From the NCBI RefSeq assembly GCF_001194135.2, contig NC_068981.1, positions 20,968,641 through 21,032,640 of the forward strand: a DNA stretch of 64,000 nt, written 5' to 3'. The translations under genes were made by a program, and so were the position numbers. This document shows positions 23,881-37,629 of this stretch, one piece after another (position 1 is the stretch's first letter; every line of letters begins with the position of its first letter). The stretch is from Octopus bimaculoides. Its lineage: Eukaryota. Under the pieces are notes generated by a model. It was not told the origin of the DNA and made no database searches. It saw only the letters and a list, made by a program, of their open reading frames with translations.

Positions 23881-24101
23881 CATTTGATGGATATTTGTCC
23901 TCATCTTGTTTGTTGTTAACATGTTTCAGCTGATATACCCTCCAGTGTTCATCAGGTGTCTTGGGGAAATTTTGAACCTGGATTCTCATTCCTAAGGTAT
24001 TTTTTCGATATTATTATTATTATTATTATTATTCAGGTCACTGCCTGGAATCGAACTCGGAATCTTGGGGTTAGTAGCTCGTGCTCTTAACCACTATGCC
24101 A
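23881..24101 (-). mobile_element. tRNA-headed SINE with (TAA)n spacer and a hammerhead-like motif
   Basis: TGGCATAGTGGTTAAG (A box) ... GAGTTCGATTCC (B box), then (TAA)n, then CCUGAUGA-ACACUG GAGGGUAUAU CAGCU-GAAAC-AUGU at 23956-23919. Confidence 0.7.
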
Positions 24102-25093
24102 AGAATAGCCTGGGCAAAGTTCAGAGAGCTCCTACCTCTGCTGGTAACAAAGGGCCTCTTGCGTAGAGTGAAAGGTAGACTGTATGATGCATGTGTGCGA
24201 ACAGCCATGCTACAAGGCAGTGAAACATGGACTGTGACTGCTGAGGACATGCAAAAGCTTGTAAGGAATGAAGACAGTATGCCCCACTGGACGTGTAATG
24301 TCAGTATGCACACATGACAGAGTGTAAGCACCCTGAGAGAAAAGTTGGACATAAGAAGTATCAGATGTGGTGTGCAAGAGAGATGACTGTGCTGGTATGA
24401 TCATGTGTTGCGTATGGATGAGGACAGCTTTGTGAAAAAGTGTAACACCCTAACAGTGGAGGGAACCTGTGGAAGAGGTAGACCTAGGAAGTCTCGGGAT
24501 GAGGTGAAGTATGACCTTCAAACGTTGGGCCTCACAGAGGCAATAACAAGCAACCAAGATCTTTGGAGATATGTCGTGCTTGAGACCCAGCAAGCCAAGT
24601 GAAACTGTGACCGTGGCCTATACCAGTGTAGCATAACCAGTCCATTTAAGAGTATCCTTCAATCATTGGGCAATAAACTGCTTGAGAAGACCTGTTGAAT
24701 CAAGTGAAATTACTGTCATGACTGATGCCAGTACCACCTGACTGGCACCTGTGCTGGTGGCACACAAAAAGTACCATTTGAGTGTGGTCATTGCCAGTGT
24801 CGCCTGACTGGCTCCCATACTGGTGGCAGGTAAAAAGCACCATTTGAGCATGGTCGTTTCCAGTGCCACCTGACTGGCTCCCATGCTGGTGGCATGTAAA
24901 TAGCACCATAGAACGTGGTCGATGCCAATACTGTGTGACTAGCCTTCGTGCTGGTGGCACATAAAAAGCACCCACTACACTTTCGGAGTGGTTGGCATTA
25001 GGAAGGGCACCCAGCTGTAGAAAACTTGCTAGTCCTCAATCAAACTGCCTTACCCATGCCAATATGGAAAGCGGATGTTAAACGATGATGATG
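24101..25093 (+). mobile_element. RTE LINE 3' portion with tandem 3'UTR units and (GAT)n tail
   Basis: RIAWAKFRELLPLLVTKGLLRRVKGRLYDACVRTAMLQGSETW; MDEDSFVKKCNTLTVEGTCGRGRPRKS. Confidence 0.9.
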
Positions 25094-25699
25094 AAATGCT
25101 TTTGTTCTGTTCTTCTTTAGATCCTGTTAAACTGTCCAACTGGGAAAATGTTACTTTGTCTGCAGATATACAGTGTGAATACATTGTTGTCTAAATTACG
25201 CCAAAATGAAACTAACACTGACATCTCGTTTTAACAGATATATTTATCAAACTTACATAAAAATATCTCAAACTACTAGAGTAAAATTATTCAATAAAAT
25301 CACCTTTGGCATCAACCACGAAAATGATGATTTATCTAAAAATAAAGACACCCCCCCATTCAACGAAGTATATTATTTGGCTGTGGGAAAAAACCCCCAC
25401 TAAGGTTAATTTGAACTTTATCAAAGTTTGTCTGATGGATCCATCATCTAATGTCCTCTCTAGCAAATTTACTTTTAGCATGCACTGCAGAGAAGTGAGA
25501 CAAAGAGAAAGAAAGCATGAAGAATTTAAATGACTTTATTATCTAGTGAAAAACTATACATTATAGGTCCACACACATACACACTTTAAAGGACCCTGCA
25601 GTTGGTAATAGTGGTAGAGAAATTCTAATCAATGCATATAAGAAAAAAGATTTAGGTATCTGTAGAATAGATACACAAGGATCAGTAATTCAAGTTGAC

Positions 25700-26560
25700 A
25701 GCAATAATTAATTGATCAAGGGTATGAAAAGAGGGAAAGCTGCACATGTATCAGAAATAGTTGTAGAGATGCTCAAAATATCTGGAGGAGGAGGATATAT
25801 GATTACAAACTGGATAGCTAACCAAGTTACATATGAAGGTGTATTCAACGGCTGGTGTAGTAGTATCATACTAAACTACTACATAGACAACAAAGATACA
25901 TTACAGAGAGGAAATTATAGAGGAATCAAACTACTGAATCAGGTTATGAAGCTCAGAGAGAGATTTATAGCTCAATTAATCCATGAGAGAGTAGACTTAG
26001 ATGAGATGCAGCTTGGTTTTATGCCTAGAAGAGGTACTATGGATGCAATCTTCCTAGTGAGGCACTCCAGAAGTACTTGGCTACGAGTAAACCACTATTC
26101 TTGGCACTCATTGACCTGAAGGTTTTTGACAAGAACCACATTCAATAATTTGATGGTCACTAAGGGAACTAGGTGCAGACATGTTGGCTTGTGAAAGCTG
26201 TTCAAGTTATGTACGAAGATGCAGTAAGTAAAATGTCAACAAATGATTTCATTGCAAAAAAATAGTGTGTGGATAAGAGTTCATCAAGGTTCAGTCCTTG
26301 GTTCCCTAACACCAACCACTTCAGAGAATGTACTGGGTGCTTTTTATGTGGCACCAAGTACCTTGCAAGACAAAAACCCCTCAGCTGGGAAGGGGGTGGC
26401 TTTGTGTCAATTGAGAGATTAAAGGTATTGAGGGCATCCAGCTGTAAAAACCAAGCCAAAACAGACTATGGAACCTGGTGTGGATCCAGGCCTTGCCAGT
26501 TCCTGTCAAACTGTCCAAACCCATGACTCAATGGAAAATGGATGTTAAATGATGATTATA
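25700..26560 (+). mobile_element. Decayed RTE RT fragment plus tail
   Basis: MKRGKAAHVSEIVVEMLK...GNYRGIKLLNQVMKLRER...DEMQLGFMPRRGTMDAIF. Confidence 0.8.
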
Positions 26561-27759
26561 TATATTAGAGCAATAGAGAGAAATGAAGGGAAAGAGCACG
26601 TGATGGATAGATACCAAATATTTTCAAGTAAGAACTAAAATCTAAACAATGATTTCTAGCATCATGTCAGTATGAAGTGTGCATATATTAGAAACTTGAG
26701 ATTAAATTAAGTAGGATGAGTTCAGAATGGGAGTTAAAAATAATGAAGTGTCAACTTATCTAAATCTTTAGAAATATCACTTGGCTTCCACTTATGGTGT
26801 GAGTGTATGTGTGTATATTTATATATAATCATCACCATTATCTAATATCTGTGTTCCATGTTAGCATTGCTGGACAGTTAGACAAGGATCCAATGAATCA
26901 ACGACAGTATTGTACTCCAGTGTCTACTTTCGCATGCTTCCTATGGCTGGATGCCCTTCTTAATGTCAACCAGTTCACAGTGTGTACTAGGTGCTTTTTT
27001 GTACCACTGGTACTATCAAGGTCACCTCATGTAGCTTGCAAGTCAATAAACCCAGTGAGGGAGGATGTTGCCTCTGTATACTAGAAAGAGGTTAAGGTGG
27101 AAGGGAGGAAGTTAGAAAAGAGCATGTTTTTGTTGGAGAGGAGCTACATGACTACACATATTTAGGAGAGTGAGTGAGAATGAATTAGCTGAATCTACAA
27201 GGAGATAGACAGTGGTCCAGGTGGCATCTTAGGGAGCAGGAGCTGTAGTAGGTGGGGAAAATGGGGTTTGCAAGAGGAGAGGAGACAGGGGAAATGGAAA
27301 AGAGAGGCAGGCAACATCTGTAAAGATTGAGGGAAGCAGGTGCACGAGTTGGGAAGGCTACACAGATTCTACCTGTATGGTAGTATCTCTGTAGGATACC
27401 GCTGAAAGGGGGAGGAGAGAGACAGATAATGATGTGTTCTGCAGGAGCAGAATAGAGATAAAATGGGTATAATGCACGAGATAATTTAGTAGTCCAGGGA
27501 GAAGGAGAGCCACTGTAACATGTGAGTATGGAGAACAATAGTAATGGATAAAGAATGGTTAACAAGTGAGATGGTTCTAGGTTGCAAGAGAGAAAAGCCG
27601 TATCATGATGGTGTGGAGGTGAGGAGGGCAACACAAGGCAGGGATTGATTGATCAGGGTACTCATACACACACACACACAGAGTCCAACCCATGCATGCC
27701 AACATGGAAAATGGACCATTAAATGATGATACACTCAAGCACACACACACACACTTATA

Positions 27760-29200
27760 TCATCATCATCATTTAACATCCACTTTCCATGCTGGCATGG
27801 GTTGGACGGTTTGACTAAAGGCTGGCGAGCCAGAAGGCTGCACCAGTCTCCAATCTGATCTAGCAAAGTTTCTACAGCTGGATGTCCTTCCTAACGCCAA
27901 CCAAGAGTGTTGTGGGTGCTTTTACATGCCACTTGCACAGGAGCCAATCTGGCAACGACCACACAAATGGTGCTCTTTTTACGTGCCACCGGTACAGGAG
28001 CCCTGGCAATGATCATGCTTGGTGGTTTTAACATTCCACTGGCACAGGTGCCAATCAGGCATTACTGTCATCGGCCACAACAGCAGAAGCTGACTTCCAG
28101 AAGTCAGCTTTATCATATCAGGCAAGTTTTCATAAAAACCTCATACTGCCAAATATTGTGGTCCTTTGTCATTTCCTGCGAAGCTCAAGGGCCTGAGGTC
28201 AGCCTTTACCACATCTTCCTTGTCTACAGGCTCCAGCTACATTTAGTGATCAGCACATTTTTATACAACTGTCCTCATCCATACAAATCATGTGTCTATA
28301 CCAGTACAGTCATCTTTCTTGCACACTACACGTGATTCCTCTTATGCCCAGCCTTTCTCTTTGCACATTTATACCATGACACTCACAATGTATATCTAAT
28401 GGAGCATGCTAACTTCACTTCTTTCTGGTATTCTAATGTCCTCTGCATTCAAGGCCCATATCTCACTACCATGCAATATTGCAGTTTTAACGCAAGCATC
28501 GTATAATCAGCCTTTCACTCTGAAAGAAAAACCCTCTGTTACTAACAGTGGTAAGAACTTGGAACATTTTCCAGCCCATTCTTAATCTGGTTACTATGCT
28601 TTCAGTACAATCACCTCCCTTGCTAATTATATCTTCCAAGTAACAAAGCTTAAATGATCCACCTGGGTATTTAAGAGATTTAATTTTTGGAGCACTAGTG
28701 CATCTACCACATGTGAAGCCTACATTTTCAGAAAGTCTGCCAATGATTCTGCTACATCTCTTGTGCATCCACAGCTTACACTGAGTACAGTGTATGGAGT
28801 TTACACCAACTCTTTTTCTGCATACCAAGCAAGGTCATTTCCCTGAAGGTACCAGAGTCCTGTCTTCTTTCTTACTTACTAAAACCTTTATCGTTCCAGG
28901 ATTACCTTAAGGCCTTTCAATTCTATGTTTAACTGCCATTCTTGGAATTTCTTCTCCAATTCCTCTATGGATTCAGTTATGAGGACTAGTCATTAGTGTA
29001 CAGGGCAGCCAGTGTTAAACTCCTTTGTGATGGATAGGAGAGGGCTGAGAACCCTGATGGATTCTAACCCTCACACTAAATTCCTCACTGAAATTGTTGT
29101 TGACTCTTCACTTTATTGCATCTTTGTACACGGCTTGCAAAGCTCTCAAAAGCCATTTGTTAATACTTAATTTCCTTAGTGACCACTAGTTTACTGTATG
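27760..29200 (-). mobile_element. Decayed RTE LINE (RT C-terminal half, 3'UTR and tail)
   Basis: VCRKRVGVNSIHCTQCKLWMHKRCSRI...TESIVTRLRMGWKMF; tail at 27760-27920. Confidence 0.8.
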
Positions 29201-29409
29201 TATGCATGTATGAATTTTTATATAAACCTGTAATCTTTCCTTCTTGCAAGTGGTTTGTTTCTAATTTTTTTAGTGAAAACATGTCTAGTCATGGGGAAAT
29301 ATTATCTTACTTGGAAAGATAATGGTGGAGTTGGTGATAGGAAGGGCATCTGGTTAAAGAAAATCTGCTTCAACAAATTGTCTGACCCATGCAAGCATGG
29401 ATGTTAAAG

Positions 29410-29443
<34 letters not shown>

Positions 29444-30379
29444 CAATATGTGGGATAAAATGACTTTGGGAAGAATGACAAGTGGATATTAGCAGCTCTA
29501 GTAAAGTTATGTGGTACATTACAGCTGGTGAGTGTAGGTATGTGTTGTCTGATAACAATCAGGTGTACATAGTGAAAATGTGGTAAACAGAGAATACAGT
29601 CTGGTTTGTTGAAGTAGTAGTTACATTTGAGCTAGCAACTTTGTAAGAAAATACATTAAAGTAGCCATATCCAAAAAATAAAGTTTCTCTCACAAGCATA
29701 CACTAACAGTAAAGCAATGAAATAAAAGTGAGCTTTATTTTCAAATACTTTACCATTCATAATATTGGTGGTCTGGACAAAGCTTTCAACACTCTACTTG
29801 GTTGTCATATACTGTTTACAACATTCACAACCAGTGTTTTTGTTGAAGATTTGTTGCTATTTACTTTCTCTGTAAGATCCACTTATTTTCTAGGTTTGTG
29901 ATGTTGGGATATCAACAAAAACTTATCTGTTCTATTAGTCAAGTTCATTTCCTTCTAGGTCTAGATTTTAAAGCTGTTGCCAACTTCAGGTATTTTTAAA
30001 ATTTTGCTACAGTTACGGTTGTATTTCTGGGTTAGTAGCTGAGAATCAATTGTTTTACTCAGCTGAAATGTTAACTTCAATATACCAAGCACAAAGTGTA
30101 CATGTTTGCAAATGTTACCTGCAATATCATCATGTAGCAAAGTAGCAATTTGTTACATTAAGATAATATACCTGAACTACTGATGGCTCTGCTATAAAGT
30201 TTTAAAGGAAGGAGAACCTGTTTGGAGCAACAGATGTATTTGCTAAATACACATATACATATCTAGTGTAAAATATCAATTATATAAATTACATACAGAA
30301 AAAAATGAATGGAAATAAACAGGACTGCAATAAGAGGAACTATAACAACTATCCATATAATTGATATACCTACTCTTCC

Positions 30380-31700
30380 TCATTGGCACTCATTTGAGTC
30401 TTTAACCCCACTGCATCACACAGACTGCAAGCTCTACTTCCTCCCAAGCTGTAACCAGTTGTTCTGGTTCCTTGCCAAAAGTTCTCTCAATTTTTGGAAT
30501 TCTACCAAATATCTCCCCAACCATAATGGTTCTGTATGTACCTCCACAGAGAAAGCTTCAATGTTTTCATACTTGGCAAAACTCTACAAGAACTTCTTAT
30601 ATCTATTCTACCAAGCTTATCACTACCTATATATACATATCAAGTATAAAAATGCTTTTGGTTACTCCACACCAACAAGAGCAATGACTCCGACAACATA
30701 CTCTCCATTAATCTCAAACAGTGATATACCCTTGCCACATCTCTTCAAAATTTCTTTTTCTATAGAAATCTACTCTGGTTTTTGGAAACATGCTATAGTG
30801 TGTTCCATCTCCAGGAAGGTAAACTTCTATAATCTGTCAACTATCAATCTGTTGCTCTCACTTCCAACAACTCAGGAAGCCATGGAAACAGTTGCAAACA
30901 ACTTCTCTCCTTAGCAAATCCTACAGAGCCAGGTCTGCAGGAGCCTGCTTTTCATTGTCATTTACAGAAGTTCACACTTCTGGCTCCACTTGACTCTAGA
31001 CTCTTAATCATGGATTAGAAGCTTCCTGTTGGATGATACTCATACAGCTTTTTTAGACAAGGTTATCTTTGACTTGCACTTCATCAACTCAAGTGTACTC
31101 CTAAAGCTTGATTATATCACTCATACTATTTAGCACATAATTGATCAACTTATCTTCAACAAAATTCATTCCTATGCAAATAATACCACTCTTCATTCCT
31201 CACCCACTAGGTATCATACAAGACTTCATAACTCCTGATCCTTTCTGGTTTTCTCACTCTCATAATTTATCAAAAATTGTGCTCTAAAGAATAGTCTTCC
31301 TGTTTATAGCAAGATACTTCAGCCCAAAACTAGTGAGACCCACAATGGAATTTTGGTTCCACATTTGAGATGGTGATGTTGCTATACATGAAAACATCCC
31401 AGAATGCATTAGAAAAACCTAGCTGATTAGCAGGAACTCATCATCACCCTACTACAACCTCTAACCCACAGGTACAGCATCTCTTCAATCAGCCTAATCT
31501 ACTATTAATACAACCATGCATCCTGAAAAACTAGTTGCATACCACTTCCGCTAAAGCTTAATTGCCTCTCCCAACAGGCACCACACTAACCACTATGCCT
31601 AACCCATCCTCCTCTCTAGAACTGACTTCCCACAAATATTGACTTGTATGTTTAAGCTGATTCGACTAGGCAGTCCTTTCCTAATGACTGGACAGACAAA
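30380..31700 (+). mobile_element. Highly decayed non-LTR retrotransposon RT region (CR1/L2/Jockey group)
   Basis: FWKHAIVCSISRKVNFYNLSTINLLLSL aligns with WKHA.V.PV.KKG..S..SNYRPI; downstream decayed QKKAIRLI-like segment. Confidence 0.55.
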
Positions 31701-31705
31701 ATGAG

Positions 31706-31737
<32 letters not shown>

Positions 31738-32271
31738 ACCAAATACTTAAGTCTTTCTGACAGTTCTCCTTTGAACCAATGAGAGAACTTTTATGTGGTC
31801 CCCCAACTTGCAAGAAATAGTGACCGAACCTCCTTCAAATCACACCATCTTAAACTATGCTTTCCTGGATTTTTATTCTTATACTTTTTTTCATATTCAC
31901 TTCCACGGTTCCTCTAGCCAGGTACCTTCATCATTTCTCCACGACTTGCTCATTTCCCATCATTCCCTGCAATTCCATGTTCTCCACTTTCTGAACTAAA
32001 TGCAAGACTTCAACTTTTTAGAACAGTAAGATTGTATTATGTTCATAACTTTCTCTTACATAGAGTAGCAAAAATAAGTTTTAACTAAGAATCAAAACTG
32101 GATGACAGAACCTGCTCAGTAAAAGCTCATGTTACTAATAGCAAGCAAACTGCCCATTCAAAAGAGCATACGTAACTCATTTCTCTCCAGGCATGTATAT
32201 TATTTTCAAAATCTTACTTATATTTCATAGCATGCCTTTTGTGTAGAAAAAATAAAATACATGTTTCTTAC

Positions 32272-32591
32272 CGCAGCTACAAAAATCAAAATACTAATTA
32301 GGTCATAGAAATTATCTACTAGTGAGCCACTGAGCACACCATGAGTACTCAGACTATTAACTTCTGTACAGCTGAAGACAGAATTCCCAATCAATCTACC
32401 AGAGATCCTTAGCACTTTTTGTGAAGCTATTGCTTGCACTGACTATATAATATTGAAACTCCCACCAATTTCCATAACAATAGCGGTTACATCAGACTTC
32501 AATGTGACGTGTATAGTTTAGTGTTTGAACAAACTAGTTGCTTTTTCTACTCTGGAAGAACGAACTGCTACAGTCGAGACTTTAACAAGAT
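32272..32591 (-). other. Candidate 5'UTR exon of the RRM gene
   Basis: Donor GCG|GTAAGA at 32272/32271; candidate acceptor TGTGTTCAG|ATC near 32592; splicing to 19113 gives an in-frame TAG eight codons upstream, consistent with ATG 19099 being the start. Confidence 0.4.
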
Positions 32592-32879
32592 CTGAACACA
32601 ATTATAAATCAACAGGTGAACTATTTCAGTGTTTTGTTACTGAACCATCAGCTATTGGAGCCTTTTTATTCTGCTAGTTTTCTGCCTGTTGTCTAGTTGC
32701 TCAAGACGTGGTCCCAATAATACAGAAATTAGCTTAGGTACTATATTAGCATAATGGGTAACCTATAACTAATACTGATATTATTGTTAGTACTATTGCT
32801 ATAATAGTTGTAGGTATCATTGGTATTAACTGTTGTTATTGTTTTTTATTTGATGCTGAAGAGAAGTTTTAGCCAGCTT

Positions 32880-35520
32880 TCTATTGGCTATATAAAGTCA
32901 GTACCGCTTCTATTGGTTGTTATATATAATATTGAGTAATCGTTATAACTATCCGACCGACCTACCAAGTTCTATCTCTATAGCCATGATGAGAAACAAA
33001 TATTCAGATATACAAAGACATCCTCCGAATATTAAGGGGACAGTCGCATCAGAGGGTAGGTGATATGAATTTGTACGGACTAATCTTTTTTATAATTGCT
33101 TTCGTTGTTGTTGTAATTGGTTTAACATGTTTCGTAAAAATAACCACATATAGTCACTGTGGTGATGGGATGTGTCACGAAGGTATATTCTGGTAACATA
33201 CAGCTCGTTATAGCTATTCTGTATGAAAAGAAAACCACTGCAAACCTTTGAAATATCGAATTTCATTTCAAATGCAGAAAACAGTGTGATAAGAATAATT
33301 TTTCTAGATATTTTTGTAGTAGTATCTCTTTAACGTTTTAATTATTTTACAAGATTAAATGCTTCGAAATACTGCATTAAGTAAATAAGACGTGCTACAT
33401 TCAACACAGTTCATTTTTTTTTATAAACTATATTTTAACAGATCGATAAGTTGTGGATATATATTTATACATAGGCGATATAATATTGAAACAATACAGC
33501 AACGTGTTATAGGGGGGAAGTAGCTTTACTGATACCAATAACGAAAACAGTTACATTTTGGCCTCAATGGAAGGATTCTGGAAGCAACGACTTGTAATTT
33601 TAAGATTAAGTAGTGATAAGATGAAAAGCTAAATAAACGAAGTTTGGAAAGGATTACTAAAAGATGACAATGTTATAGACAGAATAGTAAAGTGACGGAG
33701 GGAGAGAGACGCCATTTTAGCAGTGCTAGGTTAGTGAGGCAACGATGGTAATTTCAACAGACATTATCGTTTATACTGCATTGATGTATGCTTTATAAAG
33801 GAAATAATTAATGAAATCACCATTCATTTAAACTAAAACCACTGCTTTTAATATAATATAAACGTTTGGCCAAGAAAACAAATACTTACGTCAGCTTCGG
33901 CTTAGAACCTAGATGAGGACGCTTGTGCAGTGTATGAAGAGAAACATTAGTGTTGATTGGTTGTTGCGTTTGTAGTTAACCAATGGTAGATGTCGTTAGA
34001 TATCTGTGTGCGTGTGTGTATGTGTACACCAAACACAAGTGTCTACTATCGCATGTGGCCGACAGTTAAGAAGAAAAATATGTCTTTTGAACAAACAGAA
34101 GGTGAGAAAATACTCTCAACTTATCTTCCTTCTCCAAATTCTACCACTTCGAGCTTTACTGACCATTATATCCATTGGGTATGATTTCAGTCTTCTTCCG
34201 CGATTATATAAAGATGATCGTATTGTCTGTTTTAGAATATATATTTATATATATAATTTTCTTCCTTTCACTTTTAAAAATTCACCGAGTAAAACTATTA
34301 CGGATATGTCAATTAAGATCGACAGATCCGTCACCGCAACCAAAACACGTATACTTTCTGTTAGTTTCGTTTATCCACTTGACCATGTTGTCGACAACAA
34401 CAAGCAATTTAGCTAAAAATTACTAATTTTCTTCGATGAATTACGAATATTTGATTATTCATATTTTGTTCATTTTCAACGTTTTTGTGTGTGTTGCGTT
34501 GGCATTGAATCGAAAGTGTTTAACTGTAACAAAAAATAGGTTTTCTTTTTAAATAACAGTCATTACCATTCAAATGAATGTATTCGATCTCGGCACTTGT
34601 TAGTTTCCAGTTTGATTCTCCACCACCCAATCATATTTTCGTCTGTCTCTTATCCTTTATACTTCCTTACACATCAACCAAGACCCTTTTCCAGATGGAA
34701 CTGTTATTTTGTACTGTTTACTACTAACTAGCACTTGGCTCTTTGCTTTGTTGATTGACCTTTAGTCCGTTTGACCATACTTCCTATTTTAGAACTTTTT
34801 TCTGCGGTTGTACGACAGAATTAAACAACCAGAATCGCGTCAGTAGCTAGCTAATAAAAGTTACCGCGGTCATTCAGTCCCAAACTTCTTTTCGTGTTAT
34901 TGTGACAAGGACTATAGTTAAGAGAGAGAGAGAGAGAGTTGAGGACAGAGCTCTAAGTTCTAATTTGCACAGTATGTATATTCATCACTAGTTGATCCGT
35001 ATCTTGTTTGTGGCACCCTCATGCAAAGCTTAAACAGCATCCTAGCGTTCTCGACACCACCAGACTTTTAGGCTTCCTCTATCTAGGCTGATAAATGCAG
35101 AGTCATTTGTTCTTAGCTAAGAATTTTTGTTTCAGTTATCCCACTAGAAATATGACCTCTATAGTTTAACATTCTGGTAAAACACCAAACTGCATCTTAT
35201 CTGGACTAACCTTATCTATTTGCTACTAATTTCACTATGACTAAGTTTTTGGTTTCCGTATATTCAATTTTCTAGTTGTTATGTATATTAACCTCCCTCA
35301 AATTTAAACCTCATTATTTAGTGTCGAAGAATATAATCATCACCTAGGAGACGATGTTCACAGCCGTTTGGCCTGTCTTATTTCCTGTTAAGGATGAAAT
35401 TCGGTTCGGCTTTCGTCTAAATGGTGCATGTCAAGTTAGTTGAATTATTGAAATTCGTGTTGCAAATTGCCAGATCATTTGCATAGTAAACACAAGAAAT
35501 AAATGTTATTTCTCGAGTGA
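32880..35520. promoter_or_regulatory. CpG-retaining, transposon-free region; candidate promoter, possibly bidirectional
   Basis: Visibly more CG dinucleotides than flanks; ATTGG/CCAAT at 32883, 32912, 33956, 33980; Inr-like TCATTCAGTC at about 34870; no recognisable TE. Confidence 0.5.
33890..33990 (-). other. Candidate first (non-coding) exon of the RRM gene
   Basis: Strong donor GAC|GTAAGTA at 33890/33889 within the CpG-retaining region; 5' end unknown. Confidence 0.35.
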
Positions 35521-37629
35521 TATCTATTAACTTCCACGTTCACAAATGTAACCATCTGTGTGTTTTCTGATTTAAATATTGAAGTCACTAACTGTAATAA
35601 TGATGAATGATAAGATCACTATCATTTTTGAACTGATTTGTACATTTAAATATACGATGATCTAAGAATTTTTTCTGAATGCGTTTTACCAAAATAATAA
35701 ATAAACAAACTTGGTTTAGAGCAGTGATTTTCTATGTTTATGTAATTCGGTACCTTTTTTTTTTTTTTTTTTTGATGAAAGACATTTTATAAACGCCACA
35801 TCTCATGGAAACAACTGAATATTTTAATCTAACAGAATCTAATTTTGCATATTTGTTATCATTAGCCATGTTTCTATCTATTGATGACACAATGTACTAT
35901 TCATATTCTAATTGTGACAAAGAATTTTTTTTTTAATTTTGAAAATGCATTTAAAATATATGTACCTGGTTTAGAGTTTGGAATATTGAAGTTATAGTTC
36001 TCAATATTTAAACTGGCATTTTATCATTTCCTTGACTACAGACAATGTTTTGAATCCTCAGCTTTTTGCAATCTCTCTTTCTAGCTACTCCGATCCATCC
36101 TTATATAATGTGGGCTGGCCATGTATCTCCTATTGGAAGATACCTGTACCTGTCCCTTTAAATTACATCTGGCATAAAATCACCCCCTCTCTTCTACACC
36201 CCTCTCAGTTGAGGCAGCTTTCTCATTGTCTTGCAAGCAACTTGGCAACCTCACTAGTGCTGGTGTCCTCAAAAAGAACAGAGTACACTCTGTAAAGTTT
36301 ACCCTGTCAGAGTTTTTATTTGATAGAATTCTTACATTTTGATATTGTACACCTACCACATATGTACATTTCAGAGTGCCTCTTGGAAAAGACATCTGCT
36401 GCATCAACAATCCTTCTCTTGCCATACTCTCTGAATTTTAACCCACAAACATATTGAGTCCTTTCTTTGACGCTTTTATCATCATTACATTGACTGCTGC
36501 TCCCCTGAAAGTGGTCTTAACCCAGACACACCCTATCTCATTTAACTGAATGTATTTCCACTCCCTCTTGTCATCTTCACAGAATCTTATGACTCATTAC
36601 CCATCTCTATTACTGTGCATCACTCTTTCTCTTTCCCTCTATTGCCCTCTCACCGACTCTGTCTACTATTCAGTTTCTCAGCCTATGCCTTCAGTGAACA
36701 ACTACATCACAAAATAGTGAGGACTTAGTCTTATAAGATACAAAGCAACCTCACTAGTACTGCTGATAACATGATAAAATGAGCCACCCTCACCACCTGT
36801 AAAGTAGTTGGCAAATAGGTAGACGATGTAGGGTCTAGAGGGTAATTTAGTCTTGTTGCAGACATGACAATCTCCCTAGTGCTGGTGGCATGATAAAATG
36901 CGCCCAGTACACTCTATAAGGTGGTTGGTGATGGAAAGGGCATCCAATTATAGAAGCCAAGCCAAAAATGAAACCTACATGGTTCTCCAAACTAACAAGG
37001 CAGTAATTCTAAATAAAGAACTGACTTGGATTGTGTTGATCATCCAGTTCATTCCTTAATGGTAGACAGATCTAAACTGATGGTGATAATAATGATCTTA
37101 AACCAAAACATAAGGCAATGACATAACTTCAGCTACAACAGTAGCTCAACTAGTACTACTGATTATAAATAGCAGCCAAATTTCACTGAACACAATTTTT
37201 TATTATCTTAAAATGGAAAGAATGGATTGAATAGTATGATTCTGAATCATACTAATAAAACAACGGGGTAGCCATAATTGGAGTGCTTTTGATCAGTCAG
37301 GGTTAATCTGAACTTAGAGAACAATTCTAAAGGAGCAAAGTTCTGGAAAGGTTAGTTTTAATGAAAACTTTGGAAAGATTGGATAATGTCTGTGTTATTT
37401 ATTTATTTAAAATATCTTCCCCCATCTCTTGTGTAAGTCAACCCTAATTGAGTAAATCAAAGGTATTCCAGTTATGGCTGTTGTAGAGTATAACTTTGAG
37501 AGAGATTAGAGACAGAGGGAGGAAGATAAGACCAAGTTTACATGAAATTTGTGTGTGAATCTCTCAAAAAGGAAATCTCTGTATTACATGTTCTTATGGT
37601 TTATTTTTGCAATCTGAAAGTTTTTATAT

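Noticed and set aside
24035-24101. Possible tRNA gene
   Set aside because: A and B boxes present but no complete acceptor stem, and it runs into a repeat body; SINE head.
24720-24960. CRISPR-like spaced repeats in RTE 3'UTRs
   Set aside because: Spacers are homologous to each other, context is eukaryotic LINE, no cas genes.
30119-30191. Possible small minus-strand exon (TATAG|CAGAGCC...CAG|GTATAT or GCAG|GTAACA)
   Set aside because: Splice-like signals only; chance occurrence is likely in AT-rich DNA.
32218-32439. 73-aa ORF that would splice to VLRMQ* overlapping the RRM start (bicistronic idea)
   Set aside because: It starts at GTG, not ATG, and shows no recognisable homology; treated as 5'UTR.
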